Source of the DNA: Nemertoderma westbladi
Taxonomy: Eukaryota > Animalia > Xenacoelomorpha
DNA: 64,000 nucleotides
Assembly: GCA_032718475.1 (NCBI GenBank)
Contig: JAUCBJ010007168.1
Coordinates: forward strand, 58,386-122,385
Reading direction: 5' to 3'
A model generated the notes under the pieces. The model was not told the origin of the DNA. It saw nothing but the letters and a program-made list of their open reading frames with translations, and ran no database searches. The position numbers were made by a program, and so were the translations under genes. Shown here one piece after another: positions 1 to 11,598 of the stretch (its first letter is position 1; each line of letters starts with the position of its first letter).

Positions 1-555
1 CTGGTAGCGTAGTTGTTGATGATTCGAACACCTCGCCAATATCGGTTCGGGATTTTCCTTATTCAAACGCATCGGAATCGCATTTCGTTGTTCGCGCATA
101 CAAGAACCGCATTGATAATAAAGTTTATAAACTGAAAATGCTTCCTTGGTTTCTCTATCGTCCCCTCGAGTTCGTCTGTAAAGATGCATTCCATTGAATT
201 CATCGCGTACCGCGGGCATAGGTTCGTGCGCCTTTAGGTATTGCATGGTATGATACAAACGACTAATTTCAGTATCGGGGTCTTCGCTAATGTCTCCCGT
301 ATCACACAAAGCATCGTACGGGTAAAGTTCATTGAAGGTTTGGCGCAAACTTTCGATTCTTTCGTTTAATGCGTTTTGCCTTCTCTTTAATACATTCGAG
401 TCATATTTAGTTCTCGCGAGTTTCGCTGTACTTTCCGATAATTCTTTTATACCAAATATAGTATAATCCTTGGCTCCAAATCTTTCGAATGGCGCTGCTG
501 CCTCCTCTTGGATATCATATCCCCATCTCGGCTCTCCTTGTATCCCTTTCTCCAT
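1..555 (-). CDS. Accessory ORF2 of BEL element 1: unknown protein with C-x2-C-x23-C-x2-H motif, open to the window edge (>=185 aa)
   Basis: Manual translation from ATG 555 with no stop to base 1: MEKGIQGEPRWGYD...ALNERIESLRQTFNEL...DPDTEISRLYHTMQYLKAHEPMPAVRDEFNGMHLY...KLYYQCGSC...ARCSNHQQLRYQ. Homologous to the ORF at 24097-24843. Confidence 0.85.
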   Translation of the reverse strand, partial: MEKGIQGEPRWGYDIQEEAAAPFERFGAKDYTIFGIKELSESTAKLARTKYDSNVLKRRQNALNERIESLRQTFNELYPYDALCDTGDISEDPDTEISRLYHTMQYLKAHEPMPAVRDEFNGMHLYRRTRGDDRETKEAFSVYKLYYQCGSCMREQRNAIPMRLNKENPEPILARCSNHQQLRYQ

Positions 556-1215
556 AATTAGGGTGTAGTTACATAATCATTACTACTAGAGGGAATACAA
601 CAGAGTTTGTAGTTAGTTGTGAGGAGACGTGAGAGTTTCGTCTGCCCTTTGGGCTCGACAACGCTCTAACCTCCTACCCATAGCCTAAGATCTAGGGTTT
701 CTTTAATGACACGCTGCTTCTTATCTAAAATTTTTTGCCGAAATAAAAACGAATTTTGGGCTAAACTGGCCGTGAGTCTAAAATACTCACTTTTTGATCC
801 CAAACTATTATCAGAAAATAAGCAGTCAAGAATTAGTAATAAATATAGGGGAGTCTATTTTGACGTAACTTATTGAAACAAGACCGTGTAAAATTTAATT
901 AAAATTTTAAGAAAGGCTCGCAAGTCTTCCTCTCTTGTTTCTCTAATTTTAAGTTCCACCCGACTGTACCCTGAAATCTATTCACTGGAGAAAATTTTTA
1001 AAAATTTTTCAAATCCAAATGGATTGTCTAAAATTTCGAAAATGTCTCAATATTGTGAGTTCCAAGTAGAATTCCATTTCTTATACCTACAAATCCCGCT
1101 CCTATGTGACACATAAGGGTACTACCCTCAATGTTCACATATAAAGACAATGGAATTCTACCGCTGTCCTTACTACGGTGTACAGGTACGTGGAAATCTA
1201 TTTGTAAACTCCTAA

Positions 1216-4200
1216 TTATTTACTAATACTAGTTGGAGATTTGTAGTCTCCAGACTCATTACGAGTCTCTTCAAGAAGTACGAGACGTTGAGTCGGTCTG
1301 TCTACTGTACGACCGTCAATTGTCCGTACCGTCACAGTTCTTGTCACTCCATCCATAGATGGATGTGTGGCTAAAATTACACCTGTTATCCAGAAGCGTC
1401 TTTTTAGATTCACTTCCGCTAACAGCACGTGATCTCCCGGCTTTAATGCGCGGGTGTTATTGTACCAGTTTGTTCTGGCAGAAATAGAGGGCAAATAATG
1501 GTTTTGCCATATTTCCCAGAATTTGTTAGCCAGTAGTTTCGTGATTTTCCACGCTTTTCTACCGTAGCTGTCGCTTTCTATTGGAATAGAAATCGGCGTC
1601 AAAGTGGTCGGTGCCTGCATTAGCAGGTGTGCCGGTGTCAAAGCGAACTGAGATTGTTTGTCATCGGGTACTAATACTATTGGTCTAGTATTTAGTATTG
1701 CCTCGATTTCAACAAACAATGTTGTCAGTTGGTCGTCTGTTAATATGTGGTTTACTGGAATGACCTTTGCCATGGCTGTCTTTATAGATCTAATCAATCT
1801 CTCCCAGACTCCGCCTCTCCAAGGACTATCTGGAGGGTTGAACTTCCAAACAATCTTGTGAGGTTGTAGTTCGTTCGAGATTTGATCATGATCTAATTTC
1901 TTAAAGGCTCTAGCAATCTCATTCCGAGCACCAACAAAGTTTGTCCCTTGGTCTGAATACAAGCATTTTACTAGTCCGCGTCTAGCGATAAATCGCCTCA
2001 GTGCTAGTATAAACGCGTTGGTGGAAAGATCCATCACACGTTCAATATGAACTGCCCTACTGGACATACATGTGAAAATCAGTCCCCAGCGTTTTACTAG
2101 TATACGTCCACGTTTCGTATGTATGGGACCAAAGCAATCAATTCCAGTCTCTGTAAAAGGTGGTCTGAATGCTTGAAGTCGTGCTTGTGGTAGTTCACTC
2201 ATTTCTTGGGTACCTATTCTAGAATGTACCTTTTTACAAATAATACACGTACGTGTCACTGAACTTAACGCTTTACTGGGTCTAATTAATACAAATCTTG
2301 TACGTAAGTAGGAAAGACAGTGGTGTCTTCCAGCGTGTTTCAGATGTAAATGTGCGTCCAGTATCATTGCACGTTGTAGTTCGTGGTGTTGCGGTATTAT
2401 TATTGGGTACCTAAAGTTTGTGTTAAAGTCAATGTTTTGAAGCCGAGATTTATGACAAAGTAAGCCATTATAAATAATCGGACTCCAACTCAGTATTGGT
2501 GACGACTTGATTGGTTGACCTTGATTTATGGATGTGAATTCGCGCGCGAAATATCGCAGTTGGTAATGGCGAATTAATTTAATCTCACATCTGTCAATCT
2601 CAGCCAATGTAAGTCGACGTGTAAAGTCACGTTTGCCTTTAACGTATTGTACAAAACGTACAATCCACGCTAATTTTCGGCAAACGTTTGTCCAAGAATC
2701 TGTTATGTTTACAATACGGTCGACATGAGTATTTGTGACGTCATCAGGTAAGTCAATTGAGATTTTGGAAGGTTTTGAATTACTAGAAGGGCCCACGGGT
2801 CCGCCGGTAGGTATTCCCTTGTTGACTGTTGATCCGTCCGGGTCTACAAGTAATTTGTCCTTCTTTGTCTTCTTACCTTGATTGTCGGTACTTTGTAAGT
2901 CGATCGTTAATGGTGGTTTGAACTCTATGGGATCAGTGGGTTTCGGTAAACTAATTTTTCTGCCGATATTAATCCCAGGTTTCACCATAGGTTGCAAGTT
3001 CGGTATGTCTCTTGAGCGCAAAGTAACACCTGTATTTACATTAGCGTAGGTACTACCCACATCTGTAATACATGAGGTTTCACCGTGGTTGCTCAAGTGT
3101 GTCAAAATTGATAGTTTGTCAATACAAGGCCGCTCCAATAGGGAAACTGCGGCTTTACTGTTAGTCGATAAATTACTAATGTCCGGTAGAACATTTTGTG
3201 ATGTTTCTGACAAAATGTCTAGTCGACTGTCTAGTAATGTGTCTGGCGATACGTCTGGTAACGTATCTGGTTGTTTGTCAATAGAAGGCCGCTCCAATAG
3301 GGAAACTGCGGCTTTACTGTTTGTCAATACATTACTAATGTCCGGTAGAACATTTTGTGATGTTTTTGACAAAATGTCTAGTCGACTGTCTAGTAATGTG
3401 TCTGGCGATACGTCTGGTAACGTATCTGGTTGTATGTCAATAGAAGGCCGCTCCAATAGGGAAACTGCGGCTTTACTGTTTGTCAGTACGTTACTAGTGT
3501 CTAGTAGAATGTCTGGTTGACCGTCTGGTAACGTGTCTGGTTGACCGTCTGGCAATATGTCTGGTGTAGAAAGGCTCGCAAGTCTTCCTCTCTTGACCTT
3601 TGAAGTTATATCTTTCCATTTCGCCTTCGGTTTTTTCTTGAGTTTTGCCGCCGTCGTCCTTTTCTTTGTCTTCCCCTTTTTTGGTTTCTTGATTTCGGCG
3701 TCCTTGGGGATGGTGTTAGATTTGTTGTCGTATAGTGGCGGCCAATGTAGTGTTGAACCTTGTAAGAATTGTGGTCCGTGTTGCCAAAATTCTTTGTTCT
3801 CCGGTTTACAGAATTCCTCAGGCATCATTCCTCGCGACGCAATATCAGCTGGGTTTTGTGGTCCGGGACAATGTCGCCAATCCCCTTTTATTGAACGGTC
3901 TAGAATTTCCGCGCGACGGTTAGCAACGAATGTCTTGAATTCGAGTGTGTCGTTGTTTATGTAAAATAAAACCAACGTCGCGTCAGTCCAATAAAATATC
4001 TGTAAACTCGACTGTAGTTCTGTCTGTATGAGGTTCACGATGGTGGTTGACAGGGTTGCGGCTTGTAGCTCGGCTCGTGGTGTCGTCATATACTTAGTAG
4101 GCATGGTCTTAGCCTTAGAAGTAATGAGCGAAACATCGAACTCGTCTGAGTCTACTTGTCTGCGCAAGTACGCTGCCACACCAAAACCGTTGTCACTGGC

Positions 4201-4898
4201 GTCAGAAAAACAGTGTAGTTCCAAGTTGTCAGGAAATGTACTTTGTAATGGAAAGTAAACCCTGGGTATGGAATAATCCTCTAGCGAAGATAATTCCGCC
4301 TCCCAGGTCTTCCATAAGTCCACTTGGTCTGATGAGATCGGCTCGTCCCATGTTAGTCCATCCTTCCATATACTACGCATATAAATGCGGGCTTGCAGTA
4401 TCACTGGACTGATGAATCCTAACGGATCGAACAATCGGCTCAACTTTGACAAGCATGATCTCTTTGTCAGTGTGTTCTCTTGACTGTCCAGTCTCACTTT
4501 CACTCGAAAGTTGTCTGTGTTTGGGTCCCAAAAGAGCCCTAACACCTTAGTCGTCGGTAGTGGTTCGAACTCTAGGTCTATGTCACCACCTCCACGCTCA
4601 GTCGTCCCGAATGAGTCTACTAATTCGGCACTGTTTGAGGCGAATTTGGTGAGGTTAAAACCTCCGCCCGCTAAGCAGTCCCGTAATTGATGTGCTACTG
4701 TTGTAGCACGTTCTACTGTGTCGCAACTCTGTAAACCGTCGTCTACATAAAAGTCACGCTCCACAATCCTAATTATCTCTGGGTCATACAGGTGTTTCTG
4801 ATCCCTAGCGGCCTGCTTTAGGGCGTACATCGTGCAATTTGGGCTGTCTCTGGCACCGAAAACGCGAACTTGCATTTGGTAAGTCGCCGGTGGTAGAC
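1216..4898 (-). CDS. pol: BEL element 1 gag-pol, 3' part (RT C-half, RNase H, integrase)
   Basis: FYVDD, FSDAS, PRAELQAA, HCPGPQNPADIASRG and DDE integrase motifs. In frame with 6456-11598 once the TTAA insertion is removed. Confidence 0.95.
3120..3560. repeat. In-frame 159-bp tandem repeat (~2.4 copies, 53 aa) plus short PDGQPD repeats between RNase H and integrase
   Basis: aatagggaaactgcggc recurs at ~3137, ~3296 and ~3455; protein unit SNVLTNSKAAVSLLERPSID..PDTLPDVSPDTLLDSRLDILS. Confidence 0.9.
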
Positions 4899-4902
4899 TT
4901 AA

Positions 4903-6455
4903 CCCTATTAAACCCGGGGGGGGGTCAATATGACCCCCCCGTGGTTTTTTTATTATAATTCTGAAACAAACGCAGTTGGGAATCTGAAACTTTCTGACTT
5001 TTCCTAAAAATCTATTATCTTCCTAGTAGTGAAAACCGTTTTCAAAAATATTGCGTACTTTTTGAGTTATAGCACCATTTTTTAACCCTACTTTTGGCAC
5101 TTTTTTTGAGACGTTTTTTGAAAATTACATTTCATTAAATATGAATTGTAACATCTCTATTTTTGATTTACACCGGTTTTTTGGTGTTAGAAATTGGATG
5201 GAATTCATATAAATTGATTTAGAAATTTCAAACTTGTTTTTTTCGGTGGGTGCCAAATTTTGGTGCCAGCACCAAATTTTGAAATATGTCAATTTTGTAA
5301 ATTGATTATTTGAAACTTGTTTTTTACGCAATTGGGGTTTTTTGTGGTTCTGGATTCGATGAAATATATACGAGTTGCACTAAGCGTATCAAACTTGTAT
5401 TTTTCGGTGCTGTGTGCAAATTTTGGTGCTAGCACGAAATTTTGAAAATCCATTCAATAGATAAAATTGCTTGTGACAATTTATTTCTTGCGTTTTAGAG
5501 GTTTATGGCTGTTCTGAATTCAATGGAATATATAATTATCGAACTAGACATCTCAAACTTGTATTTTTCGGATGTGGGTGCAAAATGTGGTGCCAGCACC
5601 AAATTTTGAAAACCATCAAATATATCAATTGATTGTGTCACCTTGTTTCTTGCGTTATACGGGTTTGTGATGGTTCTGAATTCAATGGAAGCAGTAAAAA
5701 TTTCATAGGAGTTCTCAAACTTGTATTTTTCGCCGTTGGGTGAAAATTGTTGTGCCAGCACCAAATTTTGGAAAATATGCAAATTGATCAGTAGATAGTT
5801 TCACCTTGTTTCTTGCGTTATACGGGTTTATGGGGGTCCTGAATCCGATGGAATCAATAAAAACAGCACTGGACATCGTAAACTTGTACTTTTTGGTGAT
5901 GAGTACGAAATTTGGTGCTAGCACCAAAATTTGCCAAATTACGCCGAAAAATACAAGTAGCAATGATCTGGCATATTTGAAATGTATTCCAATAGAATCA
6001 GCGCCCTCGAAAACCTGAAAATGTGAATTTATAGCATCGTATAAGTGAATTAAAAATTTTGTGTTCTAACTGAAAAGTGCTGGTTACTTGTTTTTTTCAT
6101 TTTTTTCCTACGCAGAGAGGTCTAAACCGCCATTTACAGCAATCATATCATTTTTAAATATTTTCCGATGTATTTTGCACCCCAGAAAACCTGTATTGAA
6201 AAATAATTTGCCGAAAATGTAACTTTCAAATTTTGTGAAAATTGTGCACTACTTGTAATTTTGGTGCTGCAATATAACCACCCCAGTACATTTTTTCGAA
6301 ATTTTTTTTTTTCGGTCGGATCCAGGCAAGTGATATCTACGTACAAACAAAAAATCAGACGTTTTCGTAAATATTTGTAGATTTTAGAGGGAGGGGTCAA
6401 TATGACCCCCCCCCCCGGTATTTGTACAACATTTTATAGCCCGGTACTAATAGGG
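4903..6455. mobile_element. Non-autonomous piggyBac-type MITE (1553 bp) inserted in the RT of element 1
   Basis: TTAA at 4899-4902 and 6456-6459; termini CCCTATTAAACCCGGG / CCCGGTACTAATAGGG; subterminal palindrome ggggtcaatatgacccc at both ends; internal ~162-bp repeats (~5230, 5391, 5555, 5717, 5881); no transposase ORF. Confidence 0.92.
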
Positions 6456-9400
6456 TTAAGTCTCCTTCCGGGTACCAGAGGAACCGCAAACTGTCTCTGT
6501 CTCGCTCTAACGCTCTCACTTGGTGAAACATCGCTTCAACGTCACAAGTAAAAGCTACTTGACGCTGACGGAAGCGCATAATCACCCCCATTAGATAATT
6601 ATTCATGTTTGGTCCATCCATCAACTCACTATTGAGGGACATTCCCTCAAACAGAGCCGCACAGTCGTTGACTACGCGTACTTTGTCTGGTTTATCGGGG
6701 TGTCTCACATAGTGATGTGGCAAGTAATATGTTTGGTCAGTCACTATCTCCGGGTTCGTCATTCGGATAGCGTATCCTTTAGTCAAATACGTCTCCATCT
6801 GGGTGTTGTACTGCAGATGGGCTTTCTCGTCCTTTAATAGACGTTGCCGTATTGAGTGTAGACGTCTCAAGGCTAGTGGATAGTTGTTTATAAGTTTAGG
6901 ACTTTGGCTACGCCATAACATCCCTACCTCATAATGTCCGTCTTTCGTCTGGTGGATAGTATCTTCCATGATCTTCAGAGATTGTTTCTCCTGTTCCGAC
7001 ATACAAGGTTCGTAGCTACCAGGTTCAGCTGTATCTTGTTCTAACCACCTGATAGTCTTCTCCGTTAATTCCTTGTCTAGTACAGCTTGTTCCAACTGAT
7101 GATTTCTCAACGCGTCATCATCGATCTCGACGGGCACTGTTGAGGTTATTGGGGTAGGTAGACTCGCAAGCCTATCATCTGTCGTCGATGGAATCTCTAG
7201 CTGACTCGTCTTCTCCCCAAGTTCTAAACTCCGCTGGTGGGTTAGCTGCTCCTTGTGACTTATCATACTAGTTACACGTCTGTTATGTTTTGTCGACTGT
7301 AGTGTAGTATGGTTCACGTCGTGTGAGAAGGAATGAATTGAATTTGTAGTTAATAAACTACATGTACTCTGTACATCGTCTTCCTCGTCACTTACGTCTA
7401 GTGTGCGCACAGGCGCTCGAGTATACCACCCTATCGGCGTTCTGCAGGCGTATGCGTTTCCCACTACGACTGCCGATGGTCTGGTTTCCCACACCTGATG
7501 TAGGTTGAATTGGTCTGTCCCGATCAGCATTGCTACCGATCTATAATTGACAGGACATTCGGGTACACCAAGGTGTCTGAAATACTTACGGTCCTCTAGA
7601 GATTGTTCCGGCACTGGACCTAGTAGGTTACTAAAGTCCTTCGTGGCCGCAAAGGTTAGATCTCTAAAGGGTAACAAAGACCTCTCCCTCTCGCTGTGCT
7701 GCGATTTTGGAAGAAGAGAGTCTAAGTCCAACTTAACTCGTGTCACTGGTATTGCACGCTGTCCGTGCATACTACTTACTGTATAACTGACGTGCTTACC
7801 TTGTTTAAGATCCGTCACTACGTCAGCTATCTTTTCATCCACGTAGCTATGAGATGAGGCTGAATCTAGAATCGCGTAGATCCTCTTACTCCCCTTTGTG
7901 CCAGTGATCTTAATCGGGATTACACTGAATCCCTTCAGTTGGTCAGTGGTCAGAAGCGCGATCGACGGTTGTTCGTCTCCATTGGAATATTCGTCGTCTT
8001 CTGATTCTTCGTCCGACGATCCGGATTGTTCTGAGAAGCAATCCTCAATATGGGTCACGAAGGTTGGAGTCGTTTTCGATTCTCGTTTTCGGTAAGCCGC
8101 ATCACATCTCGCTGCTGCTTCCGGGTGTTCCCTGGCGAAGCGTTTCGTCGGCGTGTGGCTGTCTGTGTGGAGCAGACCGTCGTGGTTGCGTCCGCAGGAT
8201 GGACAAGTGTCGGTATTTGGGCAATCTTTACGGACGTGTCCGTGTCGCGTACACCGCCAACAAGAGTCCAATGGCCATATTTGCAGCCGTCGTTCTTCCG
8301 AGTTCAACTCGCGAAATTGTCGACAACCTCGTAACTTGTGACCGATATACCGCTTGCCTAGATGCTCGCAGTATTGGCAGCCGCTGAAGTCGGTACCGAG
8401 TTGTTGTCTCGTCTGTTTTGTCCCAATGGGCGCAGATACCCTACTACCGTCCGAGAATTGTCGTGATTCCGTCGGTGTGGTGTAAGTGGCCGTCTTAGTG
8501 GAAGTTGTCTGGGGTTTTTGTCGGTTGGAGGATGGCAATGTGATCCCTTCTGCCACGATGTGCTGGTCGGTGTAGTTAGATCGAGTTTCTACTACCGCCT
8601 CCCTGGATATTAAAAGGTACACATCTTCTAATTTTAAGAATCCTCCCTGCTCTTCTCGCTGGTATTCGACCTTCCTCCACTCCCGACGAAGTCGATGGTG
8701 GAGTCGTCCTATGATCTTTAATAGGACTGTAGGGGTATTCCCGTAATCAAGTTGTCCAATGGATCTTAAAGTTGTGATAGCGTTCTTGATCTCGTCAGCT
8801 AGTTTTAATAAGTCGACGGGTTTAGTGATAGCCCCTCCCTTACAGAGTTCCTCTATTACTGACCTGGCCATACTAACTGTACCTCCGTATATCGAAGTTA
8901 AACGATCGTACGCTAGTTCGAAAGCGTCCGGTACACCGACGAAAGTCTCCGCCAAACGTTTAGGTTCTCCTGACAATGTTTGAAGCAGGTAATTAAACTT
9001 CTCCCGTGATGTAAAGGCGCACACGGCGATCTGGGATTCGATATAGTCTACGAAAGTATGCCAGTGTTTTGAGCTACCGGAAAACTTCGGTGGTTGTTGT
9101 ACCGGCAATCCCTGTCTGGCTGCGAATTTCGCTATCTCCTCTGCAACGTTCAGAGTTTCGCGTCCTTGGTTGGTAACCTTGTTGATATCCCTTCTTGGCG
9201 CTTTTCCCTGATACGATGTGGGGTTTGAAGGTACCGGTCTTTGTGGTTCCTTCGGGTGTCTATTGTGTTCGAATTCGGAATTTCCCGAACTGTCGGTATA
9301 ACCTTCCTCTAGACGTTCCTCGATCTGAGCCAACTTGTTAACAACTGGTCGCAGAATGTCGGCGAACTGTTGTGTACTAATTGCGTCCGTTGGTTGTAAC

Positions 9401-11598
9401 GCCTTCTGTGTTGGTGTATTCTGTGGAGGATTGTCTGCAAAGGAGTTGTCTGAACGCTCGCGTTTGTATTCATCGGCCGCCCCTGTTCTAAATACCTCGC
9501 GTTTCGGGTAATCCGATTCGCTCGAAGTACTACTATCATCCGGATATGGTGGTCGACGTGCTCGCGTTCGTTGCGTCGTTCGAATTCTAACGTCCCGTTT
9601 CGGAACATCGTCCACTGATCTCCGTTGTTCGGTAGGCTCACAAGTCTTCCTCGAAGTTGTAGATTGCGATGTAAATTGGTTGAACGGTCGCGTATCTGTT
9701 CTCCGTTGTTCGGTAGGCTCACAAGTCTTCCTCGAAGTCATAGATTGCGATGCAAATTGGTTGAACGGTCGCGTATCTGTTCTCCGTTGTTCTGTAGGCT
9801 CACAAGTCTTCCTCGAAGTCGTAGATTGCGATGCAAATTGGACCGGTAGTCGAGTAACGGCGTTTGAATCCAAAGGCCTTGTTGGCCTAAACGTCATTGG
9901 GTAAGCGTAGTGTGTAACGGGTTTTGGCGTCAGAGGTGGACTCACCTGTTTAGTCGTCAGTAATACAGGTTCGACTAATAAACTACTACGATCTGTAATC
10001 GGTGGGTTACTTACCTTGACTTTTGGAATGGGCGACGACGTTGCTCTTGGCGGTGTAAACTCGTCCGGAATAACAAACCTGTGTTCCGTCGCACCATGGA
10101 TAGGAGAAATGTTACTACTACCCGCAATCGAAACAGGTTCCTTAGTCGTAACTGGTGCAAACATATGAGTTACCTGTGGGAATCGTTGACACAAGTCCTT
10201 TACTAATTGTCGTTCCCGTCCGGGTGCTCCTACGCTTCCTTCTTTCTTTCGTTCCTGAATTTGGCGATGTCTTACCTCTATCTGGTCCAAGTCATGTCCG
10301 TCTCGAGATCTCATCGATCGATCGCGGGCTTGTAGATCTAGGTCTTCCTTGGCGTTGGCTAATTCTCTCGCCTTCTTCTCGAGTTCGAAACGAAGTTTAA
10401 CTTCTTTCTCGCGTTGTTCCGTTTGTTGTTGTTGCGCCTCGAGTTCCGCTTGTCGTATAGCTGACTGGGCCTTTATTTGCCGTGTCTTCATTTCTGCTCT
10501 GGCTTCTAAAACTAACCGGTTTCTCTCTAACTCCGCCGCTGCCGCTGCCGCTGCCGCTTGTCGCTCTGACTCAGCCGCTGCCGCTGCTGCTGTTTGTTGC
10601 GCAATGTCCAACTCTAACTTTTCCATCTCGGCTGTTTCCAACTCGGCTTGTTCTTGCAGATGGGAGATTCTTGCTATATTTGCAACGCGTAGCTTCTCTT
10701 CCTCTGCAGCTGCTTGTAGCATTAGAAGTTGAGTTTGTTCCTCCCACTCCTGTTGTTGTCTGTAGAGCTGTTGTTGTCGAGCAATTTCTGACGTAGCCAT
10801 ACTTCCCTCGCCGATTTCGCTACGAATACTCACCAGAGATTGATCCAGTATTCCCGGTGCCGATTCGATTCGTACGGGTGAAGTTTCCCTCGTATATTCC
10901 GGCACGGTTTCCAAATCGCCGATGTCTTCGCCGCACATACGTAAGTGGTCCGTCAGATGTTTCAATTGTCCATCCAGTCGGTACAGTTCCTGTTCTTCCT
11001 CGGGCTGTAATAATTCGTCCGAAACTGACTCACCTAACAACTGGTCTGCTTGTTCCTGTTGTATTTGTCTAATCGTCGACTTAAACTGAATCAGTTTCTC
11101 TCTAGCGATCATTAGTTTCTCGAGGATTCTAAGTTGAGTATCCATGTCCTGTCTCTGTCTAGCTAGATCTTGTAGGCCAACTAGATTATCTACGGACTTA
11201 TATACTTTACTCTGTACTCTAACCTGGAGGGTGTAGAATTCGAATCGAGACATCGGAGCGGTCAACCCGTCTAATATGCGTTGGCCTTCTCCAATACTCC
11301 TGGTAATATGCGCCATATAACCACCGACGCTCCTAACAACGCTTTCCTGACTTCCTACTGAACTTACCATGTCCGATTCCCTATATCTAGGTTGCGGAAC
11401 AGTTAGAAAGTCCTCGGTCCTGCCGTCGCCTCGTACTACGGCATCCGGTACTCCCGTTGGATGTACTGGTGACGCACACGGTGTAGGTTCGGTAGGCTCG
11501 CGAGTCTTCCCCTGTTGTTCTTCCGCTGCTGACTTATCCGCGTCACATGAGTCATAGTCAGTAGGTGTATTCTTCGTATAGTCTTGTTTGTCACTCAT
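6456..11598 (-). CDS. gag-pol: BEL element 1 gag-pol, 5' part (coiled-coil Gag, zinc knuckles, aspartic protease, RT N-half)
   Basis: 1733-aa ORF: PPKFSG..W, LLQTLSGEPK, triple knuckle, ILDSAS, YLPHHYV, DVEAMFHQV, LRFLW. The last ~18 aa of the listed ORF are MITE read-through. Confidence 0.95.
9620..9840. repeat. In-frame 81-bp tandem repeat x~2.7 in gag
   Basis: aggctcacaagtcttcctcg at 9634, 9715 and 9796; peptide QFASQSTTSRKTCEPTEQRRTDTRPFN. Confidence 0.9.

Noticed and set aside
6397-6455. Natural C-terminus of the 1733-aa ORF or a two-ORF gag/pol layout
   Set aside because: Read-through into the MITE; excision restores one ORF.
7547-11557. Plus-strand ORFs antisense to gag-pol (also 1658-4258, 29198-29854, 32465-33737)
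   Set aside because: Shadow ORFs of coding or low-complexity sequence with no recognisable motifs.
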